Shown in pieces: positions 13,317 through 26,022 of a stretch of DNA of 64,000 nucleotides. The position numbers and the translations under genes were made by a program. Location of the stretch: assembly GCF_036971445.1 (NCBI RefSeq), contig NC_091478.1, positions 79,608,001-79,672,000 of the forward strand, in the 5' to 3' direction. The stretch comes from Narcine bancroftii (Eukaryota). The notes under the pieces are model-generated. The model did not search any database. It worked only from the letters and a program-made list of their open reading frames with translations, and was not told the origin of the DNA. The stretch's first letter is position 1. Each line of letters starts with the position of its first letter.

Positions 13317-13596
13317 TTTGCAAATTTTCTAATTGAATTATGTCAATATTATAAAGGCCTCAGTTACCCTCTGTAAATTTTTTGTCACAACTTCCTAATT
13401 GGCACCGGACCTCCAATGGTAAACTGTTGCTTGAATTCAAAGTTCAAAAACTATGATTTCATCCCATCTATTTTATATCCCAATGTAGTTAATGAGATAA
13501 AAACAGCAACTGCTGGCATGAAGAGTCAGTCAATGACTATAAGTAGAAAAGACAGGTTATAAAATCATCATCAAAAATCCTACTTTGCCAATATTT

Positions 13597-13870
13597 TAGA
13601 ACCTTAGAACATTACAGCACAGAAACAGGCCCCTTAGGGCACTTCTTTTCTGTGGCAAATCATTTTTCTGCCTCGTCCCACTGACCTACACCCAGTCCAT
13701 AGCCATCTTTACCTCTCCCATCCATGTACCTGTCCAAATTCTTCTTAAATGTTAAAATTGAGCCCACTTTCACCACTTCAGCTGGAAGCTCGTTCCACAC
13801 TTTCTCTGTGGAAAAAGTTCCCCCATTGTTTCCTCTAAAGTTTTCCCCTTTCACCCTTAACTCATATTCA
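13597..13870 (-). mobile_element. CR1-clade LINE 3' fragment
   Basis: VWNELPAEVVKVGSILTFKKNLDRYMD plus the CR1-type 3'UTR. Confidence 0.8.
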
Positions 13871-15818
13871 TTAATCATTGCATAATGACCAAGATTAATC
13901 GTAGTACTGTCATGTCAGACATTTTCAATCCTAATTGCATGAACTATTCCCTGAATTCCCTATCCCTAGCCTGCAGACTACTTGCCTTCCTAATTGGATG
14001 CTGCATCAGCAAGTAAGCTTTCAACGATTTGTGCTCAAGAAGATGTCTTGCCTTTTACATACCAATATTTTTCAATTTTGCAGCATATTTAAAAACACTC
14101 TGCTTTTCTATTTTTCTCTCACTTGACATTTATCCACATGGTATTGTATCTGCCATGATCTTGCCAACATAGATTGTTTATATTCCTTCCTATTCAAAAT
14201 CGTACTTAGTTTTGTATCATCAACAGACTTGGAAATATAACATTTGGTCATCTCCCATAGCCTCCAATTTATTCCCACTCTTTTTCCATGGCTTTCCCTC
14301 TAGCATAGTTGTCTTTGTCCCATCCATCCCTTCTCTGGGCTCTCTCCAGTTTTAACCAAACTTGTTTTCTCTCTTTTGCAGTCAGACTTGCAATACTAAT
14401 GCTATTTATTTCCCATTTCTACAGAGGCTGCCAAACCTGTTGAGCGCTTTTCATTCAGATTTCCAGCATCTGAATTTGATTCAAGTTGCCCGTGGAGATA
14501 GGATTGGCTGAATGTTTTTTTTTCCTGGATGATTTTACCTTTCTGAAGGCGGCAAATGTATTGCTCATCTCAACTTGCTCGAGAGCCAAAACATAATTAG
14601 GTCATAAACATGTCACCAATCTGGCCCCATTTGATTGTTTCTCCTCAGATTAGGTGTGAGAGTGGGGGAGACATTAAGATAGGTTTTGTGGTGATGCCTC
14701 AGACATCACAAGAGTGAGGGAGGTCAGTTCGCTACTTTCAATAGTCATTTTCATACATTTTTTAACCACAGTAAAGAATTACAATTTTCTACAGTGGATG
14801 TTTTCTGTTTCCTTATAAATACTGGTGAAGTGATTTTAGATAATATTGATGAACATTTAAATGAGAATAAGAATGAAGATGTCTGATTTTGTTCTATGAA
14901 TAATCTTGGCTGTTGGCTATTCACTAATGAATATGACATGAAAAATACTGATATATTGGAATTTTTATAACCTGTTTATTCCACTTATTGACTGATCCCT
15001 TTTTATATTCAGTATCTGGTGTTTACATCTCAGAAATTCTATTGGGATATAAAAAGATGATAAAAAAAATAGAATTAAATTTTAAACTATGAATTAAATT
15101 GCTAGTTACTGATCTGAGGTTTCTAATCATGTTGGAAGTTGTGGTAAAAGTTGCTTTCATAACGTTGATGTCATTTACTTAAAATATTCACTGATATATC
15201 CAGCCACAAAATTCCTGGAATAGGTCCAACTGCCTGAGAAAAGTAGCTTGTAATGCTGTTAGAAAGTTATGGTTTGGTATCTGTTTTACAGAGCATGAAC
15301 TAGTGTAGCTTTTATTTAAAACATGTTGGGAAGTACTGACAATATTGGAATAATTTAGTTAAACTCTGATTTAATCCATATGTGTCTCAGCGATTTGGAA
15401 TAGTGGGTTGAAGAGAAGGTCAGGAGTATAATTCCTTGCACTCTGTACTCCTGACCTTAACCAAACCATAAAGCAAAGCAAAGCATTTTCACTTGCGCAG
15501 AGCAAATCCTAAGTGTTCACACTTTCCTCAGTGATCGTTCTGAAGAAGCACCATATGTGATTCCGAATGAAATGACCTCAGTAGTTTAATTTAGTTGAAG
15601 GATTGTGAATCACAAGACATGGTTTCAAAATAAGGCAGGGGACTAAACATTGATCATTGAGAGAATTTAGCAAATTATTTATTCTTGTCACTCTGCTCGA
15701 GGAAAGTCTAATTGTAAGCATTATAATAATAGAATTTCTTAGTTTTAAATCACACCATTGCAGTGGTATTTATGAGTTTAATTAAACTACTTCAATGAAT
15801 TCTTTGAAAGTAGGTGCA

Positions 15819-15837
15819 TGGCCACTTGGGGGCACTA
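15819..15837 (+). promoter_or_regulatory. CTCF-like site
   Basis: TGGCCACTTGGGGGCACTA has one core mismatch to the consensus TGGCCACYAGRKGGCRCTA. Confidence 0.45.
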
Positions 15838-16439
15838 TGTACTAATCTTCCATTGTTAAAAAATAATTTGGGTTGGAACCAATTTAAGTACTTTCATAAC
15901 CCTGGATATGAACATATATATAGGTCAACAGTTACCTTCACCACTTCCTCTTGTTGCAGGCTCTCGTCACTATATCATTTTCCTTGATATCCTTCATTTA
16001 TGCACAGAATATGACCTAGACCCGATGATTAACACCACTTGGAACAATGTCCTTAAGTATTCAGTCCTTTCATTTAGTCTTTCTGCTCCCTTTCTTTTTA
16101 AAAAAAACTGCATTATCAGTGTGATGTTCTGTCTAGCTGTGTAGGCTCTTCTATTGTTTTGTTTTCCGAATGAGATGCATCTTTGGGCTGATAGGTGGAA
16201 CCTGGTGTAGTTCGGGGCAGCTGGAACCAGGTAGAGTTGGGGGAGGAGGGGAGGGAGGTGAAGGCTGAAAGATGATAACCAGATGATGGTCAGAAGGGAG
16301 AGGAGGTAGCAAGGGTAGGAGAAGAAAGAAGAAGTGGAACATGAGGTGTTGTTCTTCTCGTTTAGGTTTGGCCTTGCTGTGTCAGTGGAGAAGGCCGAGG
16401 ATAGACAGGCTGGAATGGGAGTATAGAGGTGAACTGAAG

Positions 16440-16750
16440 TGACAATATAAGTGTCAGGTAACCCATACTCTGGTTTCATCTGCCCATCATTTCTCCTCTA
16501 TCTGATTCCACCTATCACCTTCCTGTCCCTGTCTCTACCTTCTCCTTCCTCTCCCTCTCAGCTCCATCCACCATATTCCTCTCTTTCCTTGTCCAGTGTC
16601 CACCTGACCCCTACCAGCTTTTGTCTCATCTCTCCGTTGGATCTCTTCATGGTGACTTTCTTCCCTCTACAATCTTGGTGCTGATACAGGGCCCTGACCT
16701 GAAACGTCCACCACTCCTTTGCCCCTCCAGATGCTGCTTGACCCGCCATG
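16440..16750 (+). mobile_element. Penelope-like element terminal fragment with degenerate minimal hammerhead core
   Basis: Pyrimidine-rich tract, then CTGATAC-AGGGCCCTGACCT-GAAACGTC and CAGATGCTGCTTGACCCGC, the typical end of this repeat. Confidence 0.55.
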
Positions 16751-18289
16751 CGTATACTTAACTTGTTGAATTAACGTTTAATTAAATTCTGCAGCCAGTA
16801 AGAGTTTTAGTGCAGCAGTACATTGTGCTTACCGATACGACAAGTCCTCACATGTAGATGGTGAGTTGGCAGTTGCAAAGTTAAATTTCCAAAGCAATCA
16901 TTGACGTAAACTGTGATCATTAATATCCATTTTCAAGGGTTACAAATAGCTTCAGAACCCTAGTTTATGCTTGGGTTCATTTTGAAATATGAAGATTGAA
17001 AATTTCTGCTCATACTGCACTTGGCGAAGAAGCAACACTCTATTTGTATGGTAGAGGGGTACAGTTCCTGCTTGTGTCTTATCTTGTGTTGACAATGCTG
17101 TCCTTCATTTTTAATAAATGAAATATTCAAATAAATATAATTGCAATATTGTCTGTTATTCTTTATGTTGAGTAAAAGCTGCAATCACTGCTTCTCAATT
17201 CCATTCACATGCACTTAAGTGACATTTTATGAGAGTACACACCATGATACCAATACAATGGCAAACTGAAGCTTTGAAGAAACCATTTGTATGTCACTGA
17301 ACTTCATTCATTTCAGATTCAATAACTATTTTTCTTTAAAGGCTATTAATTGCTTCAGAGGAATTTGTACAAAGACATTGCTAGTCAAGTGTGTCAATGA
17401 GAATAAATTCAGACAACTCTGGGAGAAAAGTATTGTGTCCACTCTTGATATTAAAACTAAAATAATGGCTGTAGAAGAAAGCTTAGCAAAGGGACATGTA
17501 ATCACTCATTGCTTTTTTGCCAATAAATAATTAAGTAATTATTTAAAAAAAAATCAGCCAATAAGGACAGAAATAAATTCAGGAAGAGATAGTGCAAATT
17601 ATACAGTGATGGTTATAAATGTATCCATTTGAAAGTTTGGTTTTGATGCTTTAAAGGCTCATAAGAGATCAAACATTACCAAGCTAATCAATTTACCAAC
17701 TTTCTCCAACTAAGAACATATTTGGAGATTTGACACCACCCCACCCCCCCCCCACCCATATCATTCCTGGAAATCTGTAGTCTCCTTATCAATTTCACTT
17801 GCAGTTTTTGGGCTTAAACAAGAAAGTCTGCTCAGGCTGAGTACAATACACAAAAGGGCTGGAGAAACTCAGCTTCAGGAAGATGCTACGTGACCTGCTG
17901 CATGAGTTTCTCCAACTCGTTTGTGTATTGCCCTTTTGGGCAGTCTCCATCGATAAACAGCGCATGTGCATGTCCAGGTTCTACCAGCAACACAGCAGAA
18001 AGTCTTTCCTTACTCTGGGGTGAGAATTACAATTAGATGCTGTAGCAGCAGAATGAATATCGGTGGGGAACAAATTTAATCTGCGACGAACAAATTTCAA
18101 AACAACTGGATTTTGCGATTTTAAATTTAAAAAAAAAGCACAAATACTTACTGATAACTAAAAATAGAATGTTTACTGGATAGAAGTATTTGCTTTGAGT
18201 TTATTTGCAGATTTAATGTCACCTCCAGTATATATTTTTATTGTTTTCTTCATGTCACCTCATTAATGTCATAGATTATGGATATACTC

Positions 18290-18750
18290 AACAGGCAGGA
18301 TTTGTGCCCCTGTATTATAGTTGAATTTAATTCTGCGACAGAGACGTCATCATGTGTTCCATACTTACCCTGCTGTGATATGTGGAAGGGTGTGCCATGT
18401 TAATAGAGATGTGTTTTTTTTTTCCAGACTGTAGTTAAACTTAATTTTAATTTAATTTAATGCATATGTTTATATTTGTCCTGTTTCTCTTTGCACGTAT
18501 GCTTGGTGACAGGTTGTGGCTCTCAGATAGATTGAAAATCTATTTATCTGGATGAGAATTGTACAAGTGTCCCTGATTATTTTGTCATTTATTTCTGTGG
18601 GACTTTGTTGTGTTCAGAGGTGCTGTGACAACTTTCATCAACTCTGAAGTGCTTTGGAACATTCTGAGAGTGCGAGTGATGCCTCGTCTTCGTTTTATTT
18701 CACTTTACATTTTTCTAAGATGTTTAGTTGGCAAATGCAAGTTAGACTGC
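18290..18750 (+). mobile_element. Old Deu-SINE (SacSINE/AmnSINE-like) relic
   Basis: Degenerate Deu-domain and tail words (GATTATTTTGTCATT, GTGGGACTTTGTTGTG, GAAGTGCTTTGGAACATTCTGAG, AAATGCAAG). Similar relics at ~21130-21480 (-), ~22115-22220 (-) and ~62070-62160 (-). Confidence 0.45.
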
Positions 18751-19503
18751 ATTTATAAAGAGAGAAACAGGACAAATATAAATATTTGCATTTAATTAAC
18801 AAACTGGTCTTCTGCTATCACTCGACCTGATGACTTGTGGAAATAAAGACATTTTGTTGTATTTTGTATTTGTTCTGCTAAAGGGAACAAATGGCATATA
18901 ATAAAACTGGGGATGTTGAGAGCCTCCAAGTGATAAATCGAATCATTTTTCTCATTTGAAGTAGAGAAGGCCAGTCTTCATTTTAAACAACAAACACCTT
19001 TCTCCTGGCTGAAAGCAGGATTCAGACAAGACATGGTCTATTTTCCTCTTTTAAAAGACTGTATAACCATAACCATATAACCATTTACGGAGCGGAAACA
19101 GGCCGCACCGGTTCACTAGAACAACTCCACTAGCTCAAACACAGGTAATAAATTCATTTTTCATCTTCATAGGAGAGTGACATTTTCTCAGCAGCAATCA
19201 ACAATTCCAAACACTTTAATGTCATCATCTATTAATTATCAAGCAGTAAAAAGGTGGTTAACTCAGTATAATTATTGAACTGTTGGTTTTTGGAGTGGCA
19301 AAGAGATGAAATGTTTATGCAGAATATCACTATGTCAATTCAAACAAAGTAATTGCATGGTCTGGTTTGTCCATTGCTATCGTGTGATTGTACATAGGAC
19401 ATGCTGCAAGGTTCACTAAACCAAATAATTGATCAAATTGTGTTATAGGCATTCAGATAAATGGTTTTTGATGGTGTAAATCTCCCAACAGACATTAATA
19501 ACT

Positions 19504-19517
19504 CCACCAGGTGGCAG
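19504..19517 (+). promoter_or_regulatory. CTCF consensus site
   Basis: CCACCAGGTGGCAG is a canonical CTCF core, in apparently unique sequence. Confidence 0.55.
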
Positions 19518-19649
19518 CATTTAGCACCACAGTTGTCCCAAGTGTGCTAGGTGTGACTTTTCCACCAATAAATCAATGTTTCTAAAGAAATGTTACAATG
19601 AAGACATAATAATTTAAACTTTAATGGATAGCTGACATTAGATTAAAGT

Positions 19650-19960
19650 AGAAATACAATGTCGGAGAAACTCAGCTGGTCAAATAGTGTACTTTATATG
19701 ACAAAGGTAAAGATACATAACCAACAATTTGGCTTGAGCCCTTCTTCAAGGTACAATTAAAACGTAGACAGGGACACCAACAAAATTGTGCGGGAGTGGT
19801 AATAGGTGGATAAGGGAGAGAGGGCACACAAGCAAACAAGGGGTCTGTGGATGGCTCGGTGAATGGAGAGGGAATGGGCTGGAGAGCTTGAGCAAGGAAG
19901 ATAGAGAGAAAGCGAAGGGAGGGGGAATGGGGATGAGACTATCAGAAACCAGAGAAGTCC
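19650..19960 (-). mobile_element. Penelope-like terminal fragment
   Basis: GGAGAAACTCAGCTGGTCAA...TTGAGCCCTTCTTCAAGG followed by a purine-rich tract; similar to pieces at 3240-3360 and 63160-63510. Confidence 0.5.
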
Positions 19961-22324
19961 TTGTTTGTACTTCTCCCAAAAAAAGTGGCAATAACATAAA
20001 GATAAGGATTATTACTAAGCAGGGGTAAGGAGACACGTTGAGGGTTACCCCAAGGGCGACCAGCATTAACCAGCTCTTCATTTATCCTGGTTGACGCCAT
20101 TTTATTCAAACACAACTTTATTCAAACAGCTGCTCTGAGCAAAGCAAGACCAAGGCACTCCGTTGGCTCAATATTTGCTCCCATCTTCACCAGAGATTTA
20201 TGTGTTACTTCAGAGATCATTTTGTTTTCTTGCTGGTTGCTTGAAGTTGGCAGTTGCTTGAATTCCAGATAATGGGGATTTTACTGTTCAACCAATCAGC
20301 TCCATATTGCTTGAATTTTACTTGCTTCCATGCCATAATCTACTTGAAAAATATTTTTCAGATAAAATATCCACTTGTTCAAGTTTGTCTGAGATACATT
20401 CCATCCATTTGTGATCACAGAATGTTCTGAGCTGCAGACTTATCTGTCGATACAATGATTCAGAACTGATTGCAGGAAATGTGGGTGGTGAGGTATGCAG
20501 ATCTGTTTATCTTTATATCCACATTATAATGGATGATGTTCCTGAGATTTGGCTGCTAATGTTGAAAATGGTTCAAAAATAAGTTCAAAGGATGCTGATT
20601 CCATGTCATCCACTAACTTACCATGTCATCCGCTGACTTACCATGTGCAGAACCACGTATGTACAAGATCAAGGTCAGGAACATCAACATGCAGGAGTGT
20701 TACTAGGTTTGCAGCCAGCTCCCAAGTCCAGAGTGTTGTCTGGGAGTGCACTGGAGCTGGGGTCTGGAATAAGATTGGGGTCTGTGGACTGACTTGGAGC
20801 AGGTCTGAATTGGGAAGAGCAAGGGTCAAGAACATGGGTAGGTTTTCATACAAACTGAAATGGAAGCTTATCAGATGTAACTTACATGAAACTTATTATA
20901 TCCATGGAAGAGTTGCCCCCTAATGAAATGTCAGTGAAACCTTAACGTCATTGCAAGTGGCCGTAGTAATATTTGTAGGTTTTGCCTTTGTGGGGAGTCC
21001 TTGCTGTTATTCCTCAGAAATAATGAGGACTTAATGTACGTATAGATGCAATGCTCTGCCCTCTTTTGTCAGGACACCATCAGATGAAAGTCTTGCATCA
21101 CAAAATGATCCAATTCTCTTCCAAGGAATGAAAGAGTGGCATTTTTTATAATCTCCAGATTTCACAAACACTACACTTGACACCTTGAGATCTGTAGAAC
21201 TCTTAACATGGCAGTAAATTCACATAATATTACAGAAAGTAATGGGAAGTGCCAGATAATCTTATTTTCATTGATGTTGGTCAAGATAAACATATCATCC
21301 AGGATAGCAGGAGGAATTCCTTCAATCTTCTTTAAAATGATTCGAGGAGAGCTTTCATTCCATATAATTTCTTCCTCTGAGAGATAGCAAATCGGCAAAT
21401 CGTTTGATCCGATTTATGGATGGAGATCCCCATTGAAAGAGGGTGTGTCTAGATGTAATTCTCAAACTGAGCAATGGCTAAATAAGAGAAGAGAGCAGAA
21501 TCACTGGCTGCAGAACTGCATTCCCCCAACTCATCTAATGTAGATTTTACACTCAATCATAGATTTTGGTAAAATATCCAGGAGCACAGAATGGGGAACA
21601 GATTTCCTTCTCAGTTCATTCTTCGACAAGGCCCTCCTATGAAAACATTGGACACAAATGTTGCAAAAACAATCTTTAACATGCTTAGCCAAAAAGAAAA
21701 ATAAAACTGAATAAGTCGTGAAGATAAACACAAAGTAAACCTTGCCTCAATTAGGACTTAATGAAATAATAAAAGAGTCTAGTTTCATGATAGCGTCCAT
21801 TTTGTATAACTGAGCATCCAGCAGTTTGTGATATTGGGCCTATTTTACAAGTCACTTTTGCACCTGCAGCCATAATCCTCTCTCCATAACCCTCAGGCAC
21901 AACATATTTCAAAAAGTGTTTATCTTACTCAAACAGAACACTGCACTGTGACCAGATGCTGTGAGAAACCAAGTTGCTCTAAAAAGAAGATGGTATATTT
22001 ACAAACCTAAAATTGCTATGGTCTCAGCAGAATCACTATTAAAATCTTATTGTAATAAGCTCCCTTATGCACATTAAATTGAATAGTTTTTGACTGTTCT
22101 CGATTTAAAAGAAAGTAAGACCTGCCTCTATATAGTCCCTTTCATTCCTCTTTACAGCCTTTGAAGTACTATAGCAAGAGGGAACATTCCTGTGTTTACA
22201 ATAGTGAAAGCCTTGTAACTGGGATCCCAAATGGTTACCACACTACATCTTCAGCATTTCTCACCTACAGCCTTTCCTCCCACTTTGTGTTCTTTTTTCC
22301 TTTCTTGTCTTAATTAAAAAAATT

Positions 22325-22546
22325 TTTTTGGCATACAGCACGGTACAGGCCTTTTCAGCCCACAAGCCCGTGCCACCTAATTATACCCAATTGACCTACA
22401 ACCCTGGTTTGTTTTAAAAGGTGGGAGGAAACTGAAGTACCCAGAGGAAACCTATGCAGACATACAAACTTCTTATAGACAGCGCCAGATTTGAGCCCCG
22501 GTCGCCTGCGCTGTGACAGCGTTGCACTAACCGCTACGCCAACCGT
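22325..22546 (-). mobile_element. V-SINE (HE1-like)
   Basis: tRNA-like head (CACGGTTGGCGTAGCGGTTAGTGCAAC on -), V-domain GGTTTCCTCTGGGTACTTCAGTTTCCTCCCA and CR1-like tail. Confidence 0.75.
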
Positions 22547-24057
22547 GCTGTCTTCTTTTTCTATACTTTTCTCTAACCTGCGACATTGTTTCAGAATTAT
22601 AAAAGCTGCCGAGCTGCGCTTGAACTCCTGAGTAGGGGCAACTCCAAACGGCACATAGGCCGAAGGTTACAGCCCATCCTGTAGAACTAGACAATCACAT
22701 CTTTTGTCTTCACAATCCATCCCGATTTTTTTTTTGCCAAATATTGTAAGTCACTTTTACGTACCTGAGGAAATAGTGATTCTGTCATCTCCTACGCTAA
22801 TCCACAATTCCAACTGTAGAAGGAAGCATATTCCTTGAATTGAATTCTCCAGCTAAATATTAATATATTAATTAAATCCAGAATTTCTTTAAATCGATAG
22901 AACTGCTTGTTTCCTTTAGTCCTAGGGCTTTATCAAGACTGTCTAAATAATCATTGCCGAATGGCAGGCAGAGGGTCTCTTGCACTATTTATCATCCTTC
23001 TAACACACATCCAAGTTTGGCCCACTTTCTAAAACTACAGCAATGGAATAATTCCCACAATTTGATGAACATTCATCTCTAAACCCTGGCACCAAAGTGA
23101 GGATTACCATTAATGCTTGTTCTGCCACCCAGTGATAAAACCCATTGACAATGCTTTTCTTTCTCTTGATGGATACTGCCATGGAATGTTTCTGTCATAC
23201 GTGTAAAATTTAAAAAAAATTAAAAGACAGTTTACTTTACCTGATTATATCTTCCTTTATCATTAGTTGAGTCTTTCAAAGTTATTTTTTTGAAATCATT
23301 GGGGTGAAAATTGAGTTCTACCAGGGGAAGGCAACCTGCTCTATGGTCCTGAGATGTGATGACTGAGATTAGTCATTGCATAGCTGTAATGACTTATTGT
23401 TAGTCCTTTTGTCTAAGAATAGGCATTACAGCTTTCCAAAAATGATAAATCTCCATTTTGCATTTAATATTAGCACAGTCCATTTTTTTATAAGCCACAA
23501 CTAACTTAACGTTAGTATGCAAACATGGCATTGCCTCTGTACTATATCTGGATTTCAATTATAATTTTGTCTGAGTTCTCATATTCTGTAAAAAGCCAAT
23601 GTAACAGGACACTTGAGCCGATGAAAATAGACCTATTCATATGAATTGCTAAGTCATTAGCCTCAAACAATCATGATTAAGAAATAAATCTTATAATCCC
23701 TCTCGACATATTTCATAATGTTAGCTTAATTATATGTTATAGTTGGCAGACTTCTTGTGTTGCCATTCCAAGTTCTGCTTCTGCGTGATCCCTTGCTTCA
23801 CGCTTGATGGAATACCTTCAATAATTGCAGAGGTGGGAGATGAAGTGATGTGTGTGGGAAATGATGTTTTAGTTGAAACTAAAAATAATAGCACACAAAG
23901 CAAATAAAAAAAAATACTCAGCAGATTTATCCTTTAGTTTGAATTGTGTGGAGGTATCTAAAGGACAAAACTGTAGGTGGAAAGAGTTACCTCTGGAGTT
24001 TAGATTTGTTTGGAAGCATTGCAACACTATACTTCCCCTGAGAACTCTTTTTTCTTT

Positions 24058-24303
24058 AGATTTAGACATGCCATACGGTCACAGGCCCTTGAGGCCCATG
24101 AACCCATGCCGCCCAAATGCACCCAATTGACCTACAACCCCTGGTACGTTTTTGAATGGTGGGAAGAACCCGGAGCAAGTGGAGGAAATCCACACAGATA
24201 CAATGAGAACATACAAACTCCTATAGACAGCACAGAATTCGAATCCCGGTCCCAGTCGTTGGTGCTGTAATGGCATTGTGCTAACCGCTATGCCAACCAT
24301 GCC
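24058..24303 (-). mobile_element. V-SINE (HE1-like)
   Basis: Same head, V-domain and tail; B-box-like GGATTCGAATTC. Confidence 0.75.
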
Positions 24304-26022
24304 GAGTAACTAAAAATTACTTAAAAATATCAACATAAAGTAAAATAACTCAAGCCCAGAAATCCAAAACCTGGCATAAAGGTCAACTCCAAGTCCCATC
24401 TCCACCAATCCCATCCCCTTCAATTATCTTTTCATCCACATCATCCAGCTGGTCTACCAATCAACATGTCTTTGGTATGTGAGAAAACACTAGAACACAT
24501 GGGGAAAAGACATGCAATCACAGGGACTACATATAGATTATGAGCTCTCTATAATGATCTAATTTGCATTGAATCTTCACCCCTGGAGCTATGATGCAGC
24601 TACCCTAGTTGTTGGCATCCCAATAGTTCAATAGTGAGCTCCATGTCCCAAGCCAAATTCAGATCACTGGCATCATTTGATCTCCTTAATATTTCTGCTT
24701 TCTGTGCTTCAACACGTGTGGAGCTGATGGTCCTCTACAGAACAGCTAGCTACAGTTTAATATTCCTTGATCATGAACTTATCCAGTTCTTCCTGCACTT
24801 AGTCTTCACATCTTTAGTTGAAAATGTGGAACAATAACAGTTACTTTTTAAAAATATTTTATTTTTCATTTTACATATATATATTCACACAATCTTTCAA
24901 CTTTTATACACAAGTATATTAAATATTTACAAAATTTCCCCCCACTCCCACAAATAAAAAAATACCACCAGTGCCCTCATTTTCATAATTCTTTTTTGGG
25001 GTTATCACATCGTTACATACATTGAAGGGTCAAATTTATAATTGGACCCCTACATAATCCAATGAATGTATCATATTTATTATTTGAAAGAAACAAGACA
25101 TCTGGCATATGAGTGCAAAAAAGCAATAGTTTACCTTTGACCAGTCTTTAAATAACTTGTACATGAAATTCCTTATGACTTCATGGCCTGCTTATTTCAT
25201 GCATTATGCAAAATTCTGAGGTTGATAGATTTGGTACTGGTTCTTATTGCCTTTTTAGTACAGGTCATTTCCATTAAACATGGACAAGGTATGAACCACT
25301 AGCATTTTGAAATAATATCTGTTTTGACTTGGCACTCAAAATGAAAATGCAAAAGTCATATAGAGATATTTTTGCATCCATACTGAACAACTGCAAAGTT
25401 AATCTTTTAATAATTTACATGAGAATATTTTAGTCTATGCTAAAATACTATCAAACCAGTAATTTCTCTAGTGCCAGTTGAGGTGAAGACGGATTTGATT
25501 TAAGTTGAGTGTGGCCTTATTTCTTCTTGGGCATAACTTTTTTTTCTGCTGTTCGTTCACTGCATGTTCCTTATGAAAGATGATGTATCACAGACTTAAA
25601 GTTGACGACCAACTTTCATCATTACATTGTCCTGGGTGTAAAGGTAAGTCAAAAAGAGGCACTTTCATGTTTAGTTCTGTTTCTGAAATTTGGTTCCATT
25701 CTCTTTAATCAAGCAAAGTAAATTTATACCCCAGGATAGGTAGTCAAGTTCTACCTGTTTATCTTTGGAGAACCTTCCTCCTTTGCTCACCTACAAAGCC
25801 ACAAGTAATACAGGTAAATTACCCCTTATCCGAATACCAGAAATCCAAAATGATCCAAACTCTGAAACTTTTTTTGTCCGTGTTTCTATAACGTAATACG
25901 TAAGACAATTCAGAAATTCCGATCAGAGAACGGGATGTAGTGGATGTAAGTAGTACATTATTGAATGTAGATTTTTCAATATATGCTTACTTCAGTTAAT
26001 TTGTGGATATGTAAATATTTGT

